Of a stretch of DNA of 64,000 nt, positions 12,810-25,390 are shown one piece after another. The DNA is taken from NCBI GenBank assembly GCA_951406725.2, contig OX597822.1, positions 101,432,001 to 101,496,000 of the forward strand. The letters are read 5' to 3'. Positions within the stretch are counted from its first letter, which is position 1, and the number at the start of each line of letters is the position of its first letter. Under the pieces are notes generated by a model that made no database searches, was not told the origin of the DNA, and saw nothing but the letters and a program-made list of their open reading frames with translations. A program made the position numbers and the translations under genes. Source of the DNA: Octopus vulgaris (taxonomy: Eukaryota).

Positions 12810-13275
12810 GGATCTTTTCGCTTTGAACGGCAGTTTTTTAAAATAATTTCCACGTAACTAAACACTTTTAAACTGCGTATACTGGTAGAATGTGTTTATA
12901 AAACATCTTTTTCTCTTGGCTTTATTGAGAAAATTCTATAGTTTGTAAGATATTTGTTGTTTTTTTCTTCAATTTCTGCAATTTCAACCAATCAATGACG
13001 TCTATTGAGGTGAAAACATTCTGTGCCGTATGAATATGTCCCTCGTTTAAGAAACAGATTGGGTTTATTTACATTTGTGAAGAAAAAAAGATACCCTTCC
13101 CCCCACGCCTAACTCTAACCCTAACCCTAACCCTAACTAACCCTAACTAACCCTAACTATAACCCTAACCCTAAAACAGATTGAAATGCAATAGATCGAT
13201 ACTCGGGTCATAATCATGGGTGACAGTTTCATATGACACCGCTAGAAAAAACTGCCGTTCAAACCGAAAAGATCC
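12810..13275. mobile_element. MITE with ~30-bp TIRs and internal (CCCTAA)n
   Basis: TIR GGATCTTTTCG(C/G)TTTGAACGGCAGTTTTT at both ends. Flanks AAAAG(T)AATCTC. A second copy lies in the opposite orientation at 55806-56251. Confidence 0.9.
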
Positions 13276-14043
13276 AAAAGAATCTCTAAAGTAGATTTAA
13301 AATATCAATCTATCGTTTTTGTCTTTACTGTATTTTAGCATTAAACATATTTAGAGAGTAAAGAAATATATATGAAGCAGAAAGAAAAAAGAAAAAAAAA
13401 ACAAAAACAAAGGAAGAGATATATTTCGAAAAAAATTTAATGTAGCATGAATCATACAGTATTGAATTCAATGATTTACATCAAAGTAAATATAAAATTA
13501 ATGAGATGAAGCCTGTAACACGGACAATTGCTTATTTAAAAGTAGCGATTCGAACGAAAGGCAAATATAAATAAAGCGAAACGAAGGAAGCTAAAGTATA
13601 CCGTTATGGCTGGCGGAAAGCCAAGCCAAGTCATCGCTTATTTTGACATCTATCAAGGCGTATGATTCGGCATCGGAGCAAGGACTTAATTAATTTGGAC
13701 TGCTTAACGGTAAGTACTACTAATTAGAACGTTATTAATTCAATAATTATTTAAATAGGCACTAAGCTTTCAATACATTGTGTTAAATGTCCAGTTGTGT
13801 TAGAGCGTAATTACCACGATCAGAATGCTTAACTATCTTCCACCTAATCTACCCACCTACCTAACTCCCCCATACTTCCATACATGTATGTATATATACA
13901 TCAGTACATGAACACACTTATACATACATGCATGCGTACGTAAACCATACAAATATACACAAATCAAAGTAAAGGCCTATTCACATGGTATTTCATGTTT
14001 AGGCTGTTTTAGCACCAGTATATGCATACATATACACACACAT

Positions 14044-14425
14044 GGAAGCACTCCGTCGGTTACGACGACGAGGGTTCCGGTTGATCCGATCAACGGAACA
14101 GCCTGCTCGTGAAATTAACGTGTAAGTGGCTCAGCATTCCACAGACACGTGTACCCTTAACGTAGTTCTCGGGGATATTCAGCGTGACACAGAGAGTGAC
14201 AAGGCCGGCCCTTTGAAATACAGATACAACAGAAACAGGAAGTAAGAGTGAGAGAAAGTTGTGGTGAAAGAGTACAGCAGGGATCACCACCATCCCCTGC
14301 CGGAGCCTCGTGGAGCTTTAAGTCTTTTCGCTCAATAAACACTCACAACGCCCGGTCTGGGAATCGAAACCACGATCCTACGACCGCGAGTCCGCTGCCC
14401 TAACCACTGGGCCATTGCGCCTCCA
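14044..14425 (-). mobile_element. tRNA-derived SINE, head A + tail X
   Basis: Near-identical to 5164-5547. Confidence 0.9.
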
Positions 14426-14474
14426 CACACACACATACATACATGCTTACATACATGCATACACACCTAATAAA

Positions 14475-15770
14475 CAAAAAAGACGGAGAAGCACTTGGAG
14501 TTTCAAGATGCAACTGAAAATATAGATTATCATATTTCTGTGGAAGATATCACACATGTGATTAGCAGCTGCCCATAAATGTCATCATGGTACTACCCCC
14601 GTATGCGACAGGAGGTTGTTGCAAAATCGATGTACAATGAAAACCGGAAAAAGAGTGTCCTGGAAAAAATATAGGAAATCACCCTGTTATTGAATATCAA
14701 CACAAGGAGTGTAGGTGGAACATTCCCATCGAAACATCTATCAAGTGTAAGCATAACAGAGAAGATTGAAGCAATCCAGAGAAGATTCACAAAGAAGATC
14801 GTCTCTTTGCAACAGCTCAGCTACTGGGAAAGTTTGAAACAGCTAAGACTCTACTCCCTGGAGAGAAGACGGGAGAGGTATGCAGTAATATATGTATGGA
14901 AGATCCTGGAAGGAATTGTGCCAAATTTTGGCATTGTAAGCAACACCAATGCTAGAACGGGACGACACTGCATAGTGCCAAAGATCCCAGCAATGCCATC
15001 ACGCTTCAGGACCAGCTTCTGCAACAGCCTGGGTTTCAGGGGCCCATAGCTTTTTAATATTCTCCCAAAGAGTCTGAGGAACTTGCACAAAGTAGATGTA
15101 GTGGTTTTTAAATCAAAGCTGGACATCTTCCTGTCAGGAGTCCCAGATGAACCTACCTCACGGCAAGAGGTGCAAATGAGAGTAGCTGTATCAAACTCCA
15201 TTCTTCACCAAGTGCCACATATTAGACGAGGTTCGTCGCAATAACAGTGTAGCACAAAACGGCGGTGCATCAGCATGGCTGCAGCTCTGAGCTGAAACTA
15301 GAAAAAAAAAATGAATAACAGGCTGGATAGTATTGCTTTGGACAGGCAAGAAAATGCATGTGAAATCATAGACATCAGCTGTCCCGCTGATGTGAATATT
15401 TCTTTGAAAATTAAAGAGACTGAAGATAACTCTTGATAACTGCTTCGAAATATGTCCACCTATATCCAGATTACAAATTTACATTTACACTAATTATTGG
15501 AAATCTTGGTTTTGTAGGTAAATGCTCAACTGACAGTCTTAATAAGCTTGAATATTCAGAAAAAGAATTCAACCAACTCGTACATTAAAAACACAGTCTA
15601 TAAGTAGAACAGGCTACAAGTTAAAATGCGAAAGATTTTTCTCAAGTTTAAAATGTGACATTGTTTTCGTTATCTACTTTCCAAAGACGGAGCATTGTAT
15701 CTTTGTTAGAAAACAGTTACTTCCTCAGAGGACGAATTTAAATAATAAAAAAACTGAAGTGAACATTCTA
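14475..15770 (+). mobile_element. Second R4/Dong-like element, 3' relic (zinc knuckle + RLE), split by a CR1 fragment
   Basis: EDITHVISSCP..YY..MR.EVVAKSMYNE, then KCKHN|RLD...EIIDISCPADVNISLKIKE resuming across the CR1 insert. Confidence 0.65.
14760..15314 (+). mobile_element. CR1-clade LINE, 3' fragment with poly(A)
   Basis: EAIQRRFTK...YSLERRRERY..WKILEG. Same family as 28639-30368. TSD ATAACAG at 14753-14759 and 15315-15321. Confidence 0.9.
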
Positions 15771-16224
15771 CATACGTAAATATATACGAATGATTATTAG
15801 GGTACTTTACTATGTTAGTAAATGTATGATGGACAATACAATATGGAAAAATTTAAGATTTTTCCACAAATAAAGAGGTCGGCTAACCTGCTCTTTCCGT
15901 AATAACAGTACAATGTGTAAGGATTTTCTAAAAGTTCAACAGGGAACGATTATTCTTGTTGCTATGAAAATTCCAGCGGAGGCGCTTTTGTCTCCTTGTT
16001 AGAAACTTGCTTCTTCATTATAGGAAGAATTCACTTTTACACACACATACATATGTCCATATATACATTACACACACACACACACATATATATAGGTATT
16101 CATATATATGTATATATACATACATATATATAAATATATATATGTACGTATATGTGTGTGTATATATGAATCTTTATATATGTGTTTGTACATATATATG
16201 TAGGTATACACACACACACACATG

Positions 16225-16800
16225 TATGAAATTTACAGAAAAACAAAAGACGAAGATAGGTGTATAAACAAGTCGGTGTATTAGTTTGACGCTCGGGAAG
16301 GTGAGAAAGTCTTTTACGTTTCGAGCCTGTGTTCTTCAAAAGAAAGGAACTCGAGGAACTAAACAGAGAGAGAAAAAAAATCTTGTGGATTTAGCGGTCA
16401 ATCATGGCGACTGGTCGGACAAAGGCAGTTGGCCAGAAGAGCTAGGAAGAAGGGGAGATAATAAAGTACTGTTGATCCCAAAACTAAGGTGCACGTGCGT
16501 GTGTGGTTAGGGGTTGTTGACTTGTGGATGTGTGCGTATGTAAGTGTATGCATCTGTGATGTGCGGATGTGTGGGTGCTGGGAAGTGGTTGGTGCTAGTG
16601 TGTGTGGAATGATGTGGTGATGTGTGGTGGTTTTGGGGTGTTGGGATGCGAAAGTGAGGGTGTAGGTTTGGGTGAGCATGTGGGGATGGATGTGTGGGGC
16701 TGGGGTGAGGTATGTGGGAGTGGGATGTGTAGAGGTGGAGTATGGATGGAGGAGGTATCAATGAAAGGCGAAGGTGGGTAGGAGTGAAGGATGTAAATTG
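16225..16800 (-). mobile_element. Probable Penelope-like 3' remnant with degenerate hammerhead
   Basis: Minus strand TTGAAGA..CAGGCTC GAAA CGTA AAAGA near 16305-16345, next to a long C/A-rich tract. No protein motif recognised. Confidence 0.35.
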
Positions 16801-17160
16801 ATATTACTCAGCATGGTGATGGTGTGAGTATATGAACTTTAAAGATGGTTTTGCAAAAACATCAAACCTATATTTTTTAGGCTGTTCTGCTGACAACTTG
16901 GGCTACATTCTCTGTGTATTACTGCACAGACGTCAACGAAACAAGTCAATTGGTTTTTCACCCCAAGCTGCTGAAAATATCCTCATGGAATAAATTTTAA
17001 ATCCGGAGTGACATTAAATACATCTGAAAATATATCTCTACATTTATTAATTGATAACTCAAACTATATCAATATTTTAGAAATTTAATATGTTCTACAT
17101 AAACTTTTATTAAAATCGTTAATGCACAATGCATTAAAATGTTAACTAGAAATACATATC

Positions 17161-17570
17161 TCTTTTACTCTTTTACTCTTTTACTTGTTTCAGTCATTTG
17201 ACTGCGGCCATGCTGGAGCACCGCCTTTAATCGAGCAACTCGACACCGGGACTTATTCTTTTGTAAGCCCAGTACTTATTCTATCGGTCTCTTTTGCCGA
17301 ACCGCTAGGTAACGGAGACATAAACACACCAGCATCGGTTGTCAAGCAATGCTAGGGGGACAAACACACAAATACACACACACACATATATATATATACA
17401 TATATACAACGGGCTTCTTTTAGTTTCCGTCTACCAAACCCACTCACAAGGCTTTGGTCGGCCCGAGGCTATAGAAGAAGACACTTGACCAAGATGCCAC
17501 GCAGTGGGATTGAACCCGGAACCATGTGGTTGGTAAACAAGCTACTTACCACACAGCTACTCCTGCGCCT
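17161..17570 (-). mobile_element. SINE family C
   Basis: Full copy, as 8201. Confidence 0.9.
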
Positions 17571-17829
17571 TTCATATATCGTGAAAAAAATTACAATGTT
17601 AGTCAATTATGTTTAGTTTTCTAATTATTTCGGAGAAAACTCTGCATCGGAGAAAACTCTGCATATGTTTCGGTCTCATAATGGTTTATCAGCAGATCAC
17701 AGGTTTCGTTGTACTGTGCGTAGCAAAGATGGGAGAACCATGCAGTAAAAATACAAGACAGGACACTGGATACCATGAGAAAAATAAAATTGGTTGTAAG
17801 ATATGTAATTCAGTAACCGGAATAAGTTA

Positions 17830-17981
17830 TCTATTTCTTTACTGCCCACAAGGGGTTAAACACAGAGGGGACAAACAAGGACAGACAAACGGATTAAGTC
17901 GATTACATTGACCCCAGTGCGTAACTGGTACTTATTTAATCGACCCCGAAAGGATGAAAGGCAAAGTCGACCTCGGCGGAA
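17830..17981 (-). mobile_element. SINE family N, 3' half (Tx1-like tail)
   Basis: Matches 4180-4316 and 49770. Confidence 0.85.
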
Positions 17982-18114
17982 TAAGTTATCATTGATTGTT
18001 CCTCATTGCATATCTTTTAATGTCCCTCCCTGCTGTAAATATGTTAGAACTTGTTGTTGCTATCCGTGCATATGGCACATCGCAGTTATCTATTCACAGA
18101 CGAACTGCATTCTT

Positions 18115-18330
18115 TTTTCTTCTTCACTTGTTTCATTCGTTAGACTCCGACCATGCTGGGGCACCACCGTGAAAAACTTTTAGTTACATGAATAGACCCC
18201 GTTGTTTTTTAAAAAATTTTTTATGCCTCGTACTTATTCTATCGGGCTGTTTTGACGGACAACAAAGTCACGGGGACGTAAATACATCAGCACGGTTGTC
18301 AAGCGGTCTTGCTGGACAAACACAGACATA
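18115..18330 (-). mobile_element. Older SINE family C, 3' half
   Basis: CCATGCTGGGGCACCACC and GTACTTATTCTATCGG motifs. Confidence 0.65.
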
Positions 18331-18357
18331 GAACACACTGACACACACGCACACACA

Positions 18358-18415
<58 letters not shown>

Positions 18416-19060
18416 TACATAGACACACACACAAACACACACTCACATATACATATATAGGGTTATAAAGAAAATGGAAAGGATACAAAAATGACATACA
18501 TCACCTGGTAGACATTCTTGTATGTCTGTTTATTCCAAAGTATTAGAAATTATGAGAAGAATACATACACATGTAATAACTATGTGTTACGCACATATGT
18601 ACTAATATTACAGAAAAGAGCAGAAAAGAGCAAAAGATGAGATTGTCAGAAGGTTTTAAGTTCCTTACGGCCGTTTCTGCAAAGAGGCAACGAAATCCTC
18701 CATGCCATCTCCACCTCCTCAGTGTTGTGCAGGGATGGTCAGATAAAATTTGGATGATGAATGTGCCTCTAGGCTTCTTTAGTGGTTGGGAGGGTTAATA
18801 CATATAAGAAACAGTTAACAATAGGCACAATGTGTTTGACTTTTTAAACGGGCAGAAAAGGAATAAGAGCAAACATGAGGATGTTAGTGAAGCACAACTT
18901 AGTAAAATTATTTGGGTATAGGAAGTGAAATAAGCTAGATACTTCCCGGGATGTATTCCAAGATCCATGTTATTTCGTTCAATTCTCGATAGGTGAATAT
19001 AGTAGCTCGCATTATGTTTCCACAGAAATACAGTAGTGGATTTGAATATATATACATATA

Positions 19061-19168
<108 letters not shown>

Positions 19169-19189
19169 CTATATCAATCTGTGTGTGTC

Positions 19190-19800
19190 TTTGTGTTTGT
19201 CCCCTACTTGACAACGGTGTCGGTGTGCTTCCGTCCCCGTAACTTAACACCTCGGCGAAAGAGATTAATAGATTTAGTACCGGGTATGAAAAATAATAAG
19301 TACTAGGGTCAATCTCTTTACTCTTTTACTCTTTTACTTGTTTCAGTCATTTGACTGCGGCCATGCTGGAGCACCGCCTTTTAATCGAGCAAATCGGCCC
19401 CGGGACTTATTCTTTTGTAAGCCCAGTACTTATTCTATCGGTCTCTTTTGCTGAACCGCTAAGTAACGGGGACATAAACACAGCAGCATCGGTTGTCAAG
19501 CAATGCTAGGAGGACAAACACAGACACACAAACACACGCACGCATATATATATATATATATATATACATATACGACGGGCTTCTTTCAGTTTCCGTCTAC
19601 CAAATCCACTCACAAGGCTTTGGTCGGCCCGAGGCTATAGTAGAAGACACTTGCCCAAGGTACCACGCAGTGGGACTGAACCCGAAACCATGTGGCTGGT
19701 AAACAAGCTACTTACCACACAGCCACTCCTGTTCAACTAAAATGTTTTTAAGACAGTGTCCCAGCATGACCGCAGTCAAAATGACTGAAACAAATGAAAC
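19190..19800. mobile_element. SINE family C (minus, 19314-19731) inserted into an older plus-strand family C copy
   Basis: The older copy resumes after 19731 with CCAGCATGACCGCAGTCAAAATGACTGAAAC. Confidence 0.8.
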
Positions 19801-20511
19801 CGCAGTTCAAGTTGTGTTGTAAGAAAGCACAGTAACTAGGAATTATTCTGTGCTCCTTTTCAATTGACTCCTGTTTGTTCATTTTCTGCGTGTTATAACG
19901 AAAAGAATTTTCCGATTTTTCTTCCTTCGATTTTCGAGTTTACTGGCGGTTAATACCTCAAGCAGTAAATCAGAATACAGAATTGTATTTTCTAATGAAA
20001 CGTTTATTATTATGCGTTCATTTATCACTTAATTAGGATACCGATGTTCTCTGATCGATCAGTATCGAGTAAATACATGTTAAAACACGCGTAAACAACT
20101 TAAATCCATTCAATCTAATGTGGCAGGTGAAAGCAACTGATAAAAATCAACAAATTAAAAAAACCACATTCACAATGTAGTCCAACGATCATTATATCGT
20201 ATCAGTAACTTTCATCTAAATTTAGGCCATAGTTATATTTTTGCTACGGTTTTTCAACAAGACTAACTACGTTTTGTCAGAATCTTTATTTTCTAACGGA
20301 ATTGAAAATTTGTAGAGAGAAAACATTATGGAACTTTAAGAGTTAAATGAAATTGGCATCTGTTCCTCTGGATTAATTTCACATGCATTTATCAATGTTC
20401 TCAATAAAACATACTTATTTCAAAACACTGTACCATAACTGTTCTGAATGAAACGCTCGGCAATTGTTATGTATATAGGTTAAAGAAGCAACTATTGAAA
20501 ATGACTAAGAT

Positions 20512-20588
<77 letters not shown>

Positions 20589-20684
20589 GGAATATTATTC
20601 CAAACTTACAGGGAAAAATTCAATTCAGAAATACTAAATCAAATTTCACATTATTGAATTGGTAAGATGTGGGTTTTTTCTAAT

Positions 20685-20779
<95 letters not shown>

Positions 20780-21243
20780 GAGAGAGAGAGAGAGAGAGCT
20801 ACAGTTGTTTCTCATAACCATTTTGGGTGCGTTCATTGTTCTGTTTGGTCAGTCAGTCGCTGAATCAAACTGAAAATAGTGAAGGACCGTTAAAAATGCT
20901 ATCGTCTTCGAAGTCAACACACAGATACACATACACACACGCATGTATATATATATATATATGCTCAAATCTGCGATGAACGAATTTGGGATTTCCGAAC
21001 GACAATGTAACCATCATATAATCAAGTATCCTTGACCAGATGAATAGGTTAGCTGAGTACCCCTTTTTGAGTAGTTATTACATCAGAGGATCAGCTAGCT
21101 AAGAAACATATGTAGCCTGGATTTTACCCGTTCCACTCCCTCAATTTGGATCTTTATTCGCATTCATAACAACTCTAGTTGCTAACGGTGAGCTATAAAG
21201 TACCTGAACTGCTTGGATCCCAGGATCTTACCCTTACATATCG

Positions 21244-21643
21244 ATGGCTGTGTGGTAAGTAGCTTGCTAACTAATCACATGGTTCCGGATTCAGTCCCAC
21301 TGCGTGGCACCTTGGGCAAGTGTCTTCTGCTATAGCTCCGGGCCGACCAAAGCCTTGTGAGTGGATTTGGTAGACGGAAACTGAAAGAAGCCTGTCGTAA
21401 TATATGTATATATATATAAGTGTGTGTGTGTATATGTTTGTGTGTCTGTGTTTGTCCCCCTAGCATTGCTTGACAATCGATGCTGGTGTGTTTACGTCCC
21501 CGTCACTTAGCGCTTCGGCAAAAAGACCGATAGAATAAGTACTGGGCTTACAAAGAATAAGTCTCGGAGTCGATTTGCTTGACTAAAGGCGGTGCTCCAG
21601 CATGGCCGCAGTCAAATGACTGAAACAAGTAAAAGGGTAAAGA

Positions 21644-21644
<1 letters not shown>
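21244..21644 (+). mobile_element. SINE family C
   Basis: TGGCTGTGTGGTAAG...GCAGTCAAATGACTGAAACAAGTAAAAG. Confidence 0.9.
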
Positions 21645-21712
<68 letters not shown>

Positions 21713-21919
21713 GTGAAATAGAAAGATGAATAATCTTGTAGCAGATTAATCAAAAGTTTAACCGATACCTTGGTAGCAAAAATCACAGCAGTAGACAGCA
21801 CGGTTGGAGGTACAACCATATGGTGTTGCAACCGTGCGTTGGTGCGGATAATTGAATTTTAATATTACTGGTGAATTGAAGAAATGGAGCTGAACGAAGA
21901 TTGAACAGAAATCGTTTTA

Positions 21920-22009
21920 TTTCATTCTACACGTGTTTCGAAAGGCACAATTTACCAAAATCCGATTGAATAATGAGACCATATTGTGTCTTTCTCTTCA
22001 GGAAGAAAT
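21920..22009 (-). ncRNA. Type I hammerhead ribozyme in the PLE 3' region
   Basis: CTGAAGA, stem II GAAAGACACAAT/ATTGTGCCTTTC (11 of 12 pairs), GAAA, palindromic CACGTG stem III, and a GUA cleavage triplet. Stem I is TTTCTTC/GAATGAAA. Confidence 0.85.
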
Positions 22010-22681
22010 AGGAAATCCGTTGGGAAAAAACAAAAACAGAACAGAGGCGGAGCAAAACAAATCGAACTAGGCCCCTAAGAGCCCATGGTCAAACTGTTTA
22101 TCAGTGTATGTTGAGAACCGGTGGTGGGTGCGTTGAAGATTTTAACGGGTCAGTCAACGGTTATTCCTGTGGGTGAGGGTGTGTAGATGTTCTTTGTGAC
22201 CGAGAATAAAGTTCTGACTACTTAAAGAATATTGGATGTATTATATGGGGCGAGAAAAAATCTACTTAGAGACATGTGTGTGTTTACTGTTCTATATATG
22301 TGTGCTGGCGCCAGTTGGTAAGAAGCGCTATTTTCTGGTCACTGCTGAGAACTCCGTCAAGGGGTAGAAAACATTTTTTGTGTACGTGTGTGCGTTTGAT
22401 TGCTCGGCTGTCAGTTGTTAAACAGCTCTACACCATGGTCACTGCAGTAAAAACCGTCGGGCGGCAGAAAAATAATTTATGTTTTATGTGTGCGTGTGTT
22501 CGTCTAATCATGCCTTGTCAAAGAAACCCCCGTCGTCAAAAACAAAGCCCCATTCATCTCACAGGAGTAATTCCCCTTGCAGTGGTTAATCGTAATTATC
22601 TTAAAGGCTTTTTCAGAATTTATTACCAAGGGCTATTTTCATATAAGTAGTGTAACCGGGTGCAGGTATTATTTATAAGCG

Positions 22682-24880
22682 TTATTTATAAGCCAGATAA
22701 GTATAACGCCGCCAATGGGGGCATCGATAAGCCGACTGTAAAAGTCCGTTTACCATCCGGTCTCTGGCGAACAATATATGGAAGAGTTCGGAGACACAAA
22801 GGTTGCACTTCCTTCTGCCCCTATCAAATGGGAGGGCCACCGACAAAATTGACCATTCCAGCCTGTAGCTTGAGTTCGTATTCTTCAATCGCCATATTAG
22901 CTTGCTGAGTCCCGTGGTCTGGCGTTTATTCAAGTCTCGAAAAGTTGCGTAATGATTGGAAATTCGCAAAGCCAATCTTGACGATGAGGCCCCTACATAA
23001 GTGTAGACTTCTGAGTCCGTGTAAACCTTGCATTGGTAGACGGCGTTTCTGATCTTGGAGTTCGCCGACGTGAATCTTATTCTGCTAGGATTAGTTTCTG
23101 AAATTAGAACTGCGTTACTGTCACTATATTTGTTACGAGAACTACAGCCGCTTACTACTTTATGTTCCACTACTTCACTATTAACTAACGGAATAACCCC
23201 TGATTCTCCACTATCAATCAGAGTGCTGTCATTGCTAGTGCCCGTGGTGCTGCTATTGCCGGAAACGATACTGGGGTTGCTATTGGGACTCTCTACCCTA
23301 ACGAGCCGAGCTGCGCCCACCTCACTACTGCCATTGTTACCGTCAACTACAACACCTCTATTTATAACTATACCCCTAGTATATAATCCCTGGCTGGAGC
23401 TGAGATTATGAGTCACTGTACTGGCTCTCGTATCATTATTACTACTATAATTATTCCTACTGAGCATTAAACCGGGAGCGGAAGAAGCTGTGCCTCCGGA
23501 AAAAGGTGATAGGGTCTTAGCAAGCAGCCTATTATTATGGGAGGCGATTATCTGGGCGAGGTTTTTAGTGTTGGAGAAAGCTATCCTAACTTTATGCGAG
23601 TTAACTGTGGAGTAATATTTGGAATTTCTGGGGAAGTTATTGTCGATGGCTTGTCGAAACATGAGGGGGAGGTTAGTTCTAATCTGCTTACCAAAGGGAA
23701 TTACAAACCATATATGCTTATTCCTATCTATGTGATGGGTCGGGACGCCAGCTCTCGCATTCGGGTGGGTGATTCTCGGATGACTAACGGGTTTTGGGTT
23801 AGTGTGAGATCCCCCGGACCGATAATTATCCTTGTTCTCTAAATTAAATGCGGGAGCGACTGCCCGAGCACCCGCCGCGCTCCCGTCACTACTTAAATTG
23901 TCTATGTTATTATAGACGGCCCTATCCTGATGACCGAATGATGGCATCGGAAGGGCCGGATCAATATAAATTACCTTCTGCCTATAACCGGCCTTGGATA
24001 GTGCGGCGTTATAAAATTCCGCTTTCTGCATAAAAATATCGGCACTGGCGGACAAGCCAGACAATCTTAGAGAGATGTTTTTAACCAAATTGTCTGTTAC
24101 GGTTTTGGCATGATTTGAGAAGACACTGACATACTTCAAATTAGTGGAAGGCTTATGGTAAGGGCAGTATGAGTCGCTATTAAGGTTAAGTGTAACGTCT
24201 AGGAAATTAGCCTTGGTGAGTTCATTATCAAAAACTATACTCATGCCCATTCTATTAAAAAACCTAGCTAACCTGCTCTTAGTTTTCTGCACTATTCTGT
24301 TCGTGGTGTTTTGCAGGTAAAACAGACAATCGTCACGATACAGGCCGCCCGCGATCTCCGGGAATTGGTCGGACAATTCGTAGAGAATATATATTCCGAC
24401 CAAATCGGCTATCTGCGCACTATCCGAACTACCCATAGGCACATCAAATTCATTGGGAGTATCTTTACGGATCCACAACTTATTATCAAACTTAATAAAC
24501 GATTTCCTGGCAACTAAAATGATATCTATTTCTTCTCTGGTGAGGCCAGCCTTGTTGTGAGCATGCCAAAGGGCCTTATTTAGTACACTAGGGTTAATCG
24601 AGGGGTAGAAGCTAGCGATATCAAACTGAATGAACCTAGTACGGTTCTTATTGGGGATGGAAGAGAACCACTTCACTACCTGCGAGGAGTTGCCCCAGAG
24701 GCTGAGCTTCAGCTTGTTTACTTAACTAGGGATATATTTATCTAAAATGTACTTACTGATTATCCCGATATCAGAGCTAGCAGGGCATATGAGTCTTAGC
24801 GCTGGGTTGGTGTGGAAGTTCGGTTTATGGTCCTTCACTATAAATCTGGGTTGCTTAGGGCTAAGCGGCTGCGTTCTCAT
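22682..24880 (-). CDS. PLE reverse transcriptase + GIY-YIG endonuclease (one in-frame TAA at 24722-24724)
   Basis: KDHKPNF..RLICPASSDIG, FIQFDIASFYPSI, VPMGSSDSAQIADLVG, GLYRDD, NFLDVTL; endonuclease AVY..YVG..R..H..CNLCVSE..N..CPH. ORFs 24722-24925 and 22682-24676 are in the same frame. Confidence 0.9.
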
Positions 24881-25149
24881 TGAATATATATATATACATA
24901 TATATAAATATATATATACATGCATACATACATATATACATACATATATGTATGTGTCATGTATTCTACGCTTGTATAATATATCAATTCATATTTCTTA
25001 TATATTATTCATATTTTATAGATATCAAGAAGTCCTGCCATCCCAGGTTATTTTAGCAAACAATCCTAACAAATGTAAAGCCTGTCAGACGAAGTATTTT
25101 TTCGTATGCCCAGAAACTGAATAATTAGGAACTTTACTATTTGATAGAA

Positions 25150-25390
25150 ATGTATGTATGTATTGATATGTATGTATTTATATGTATGTATGTATTTATG
25201 TATGTATGTATGTATGTATGTATGTATGTATGTATGTATGTATGTATGTATGTATGTATGCATATATGCATGTATGTATGTATGTATGCATATATGCATG
25301 TATGTATGTATGTATGCATATATGTGTGTATGTATGTATATATGCGTGTATACATGTATGTGTGTATGTATGGATTATGTATGTATATGT
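25150..25390. repeat. (TATG)n microsatellite
   Basis: Direct sequence. Confidence 0.95.

Larger units (their letters stand above)
21709..24882 (-). mobile_element. Penelope-like retroelement (Hydra-type, C-terminal GIY-YIG), 5'-truncated, between (TA)n tracts
   Basis: RT-EN ORF plus a ~970-bp 3' region containing a hammerhead ribozyme. Both ends abut TA-rich microsatellite. Confidence 0.9.

Noticed and set aside
13108-13155. Telomere or chromosome fusion scar
   Set aside because: The repeats are internal to a two-copy MITE.
23055-24517. Plus-strand ORFs over the PLE, and antisense ORFs over the CR1, Tx1 and RTE elements
   Set aside because: Shadow frames of the retroelement coding strands.
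24722-24724. In-frame stop in the PLE as possible selenocysteine recoding (reported for some Naiad PLEs)
   Set aside because: The codon is TAA rather than TGA, it is single, and the element has a C-terminal endonuclease. A nonsense mutation is simpler.
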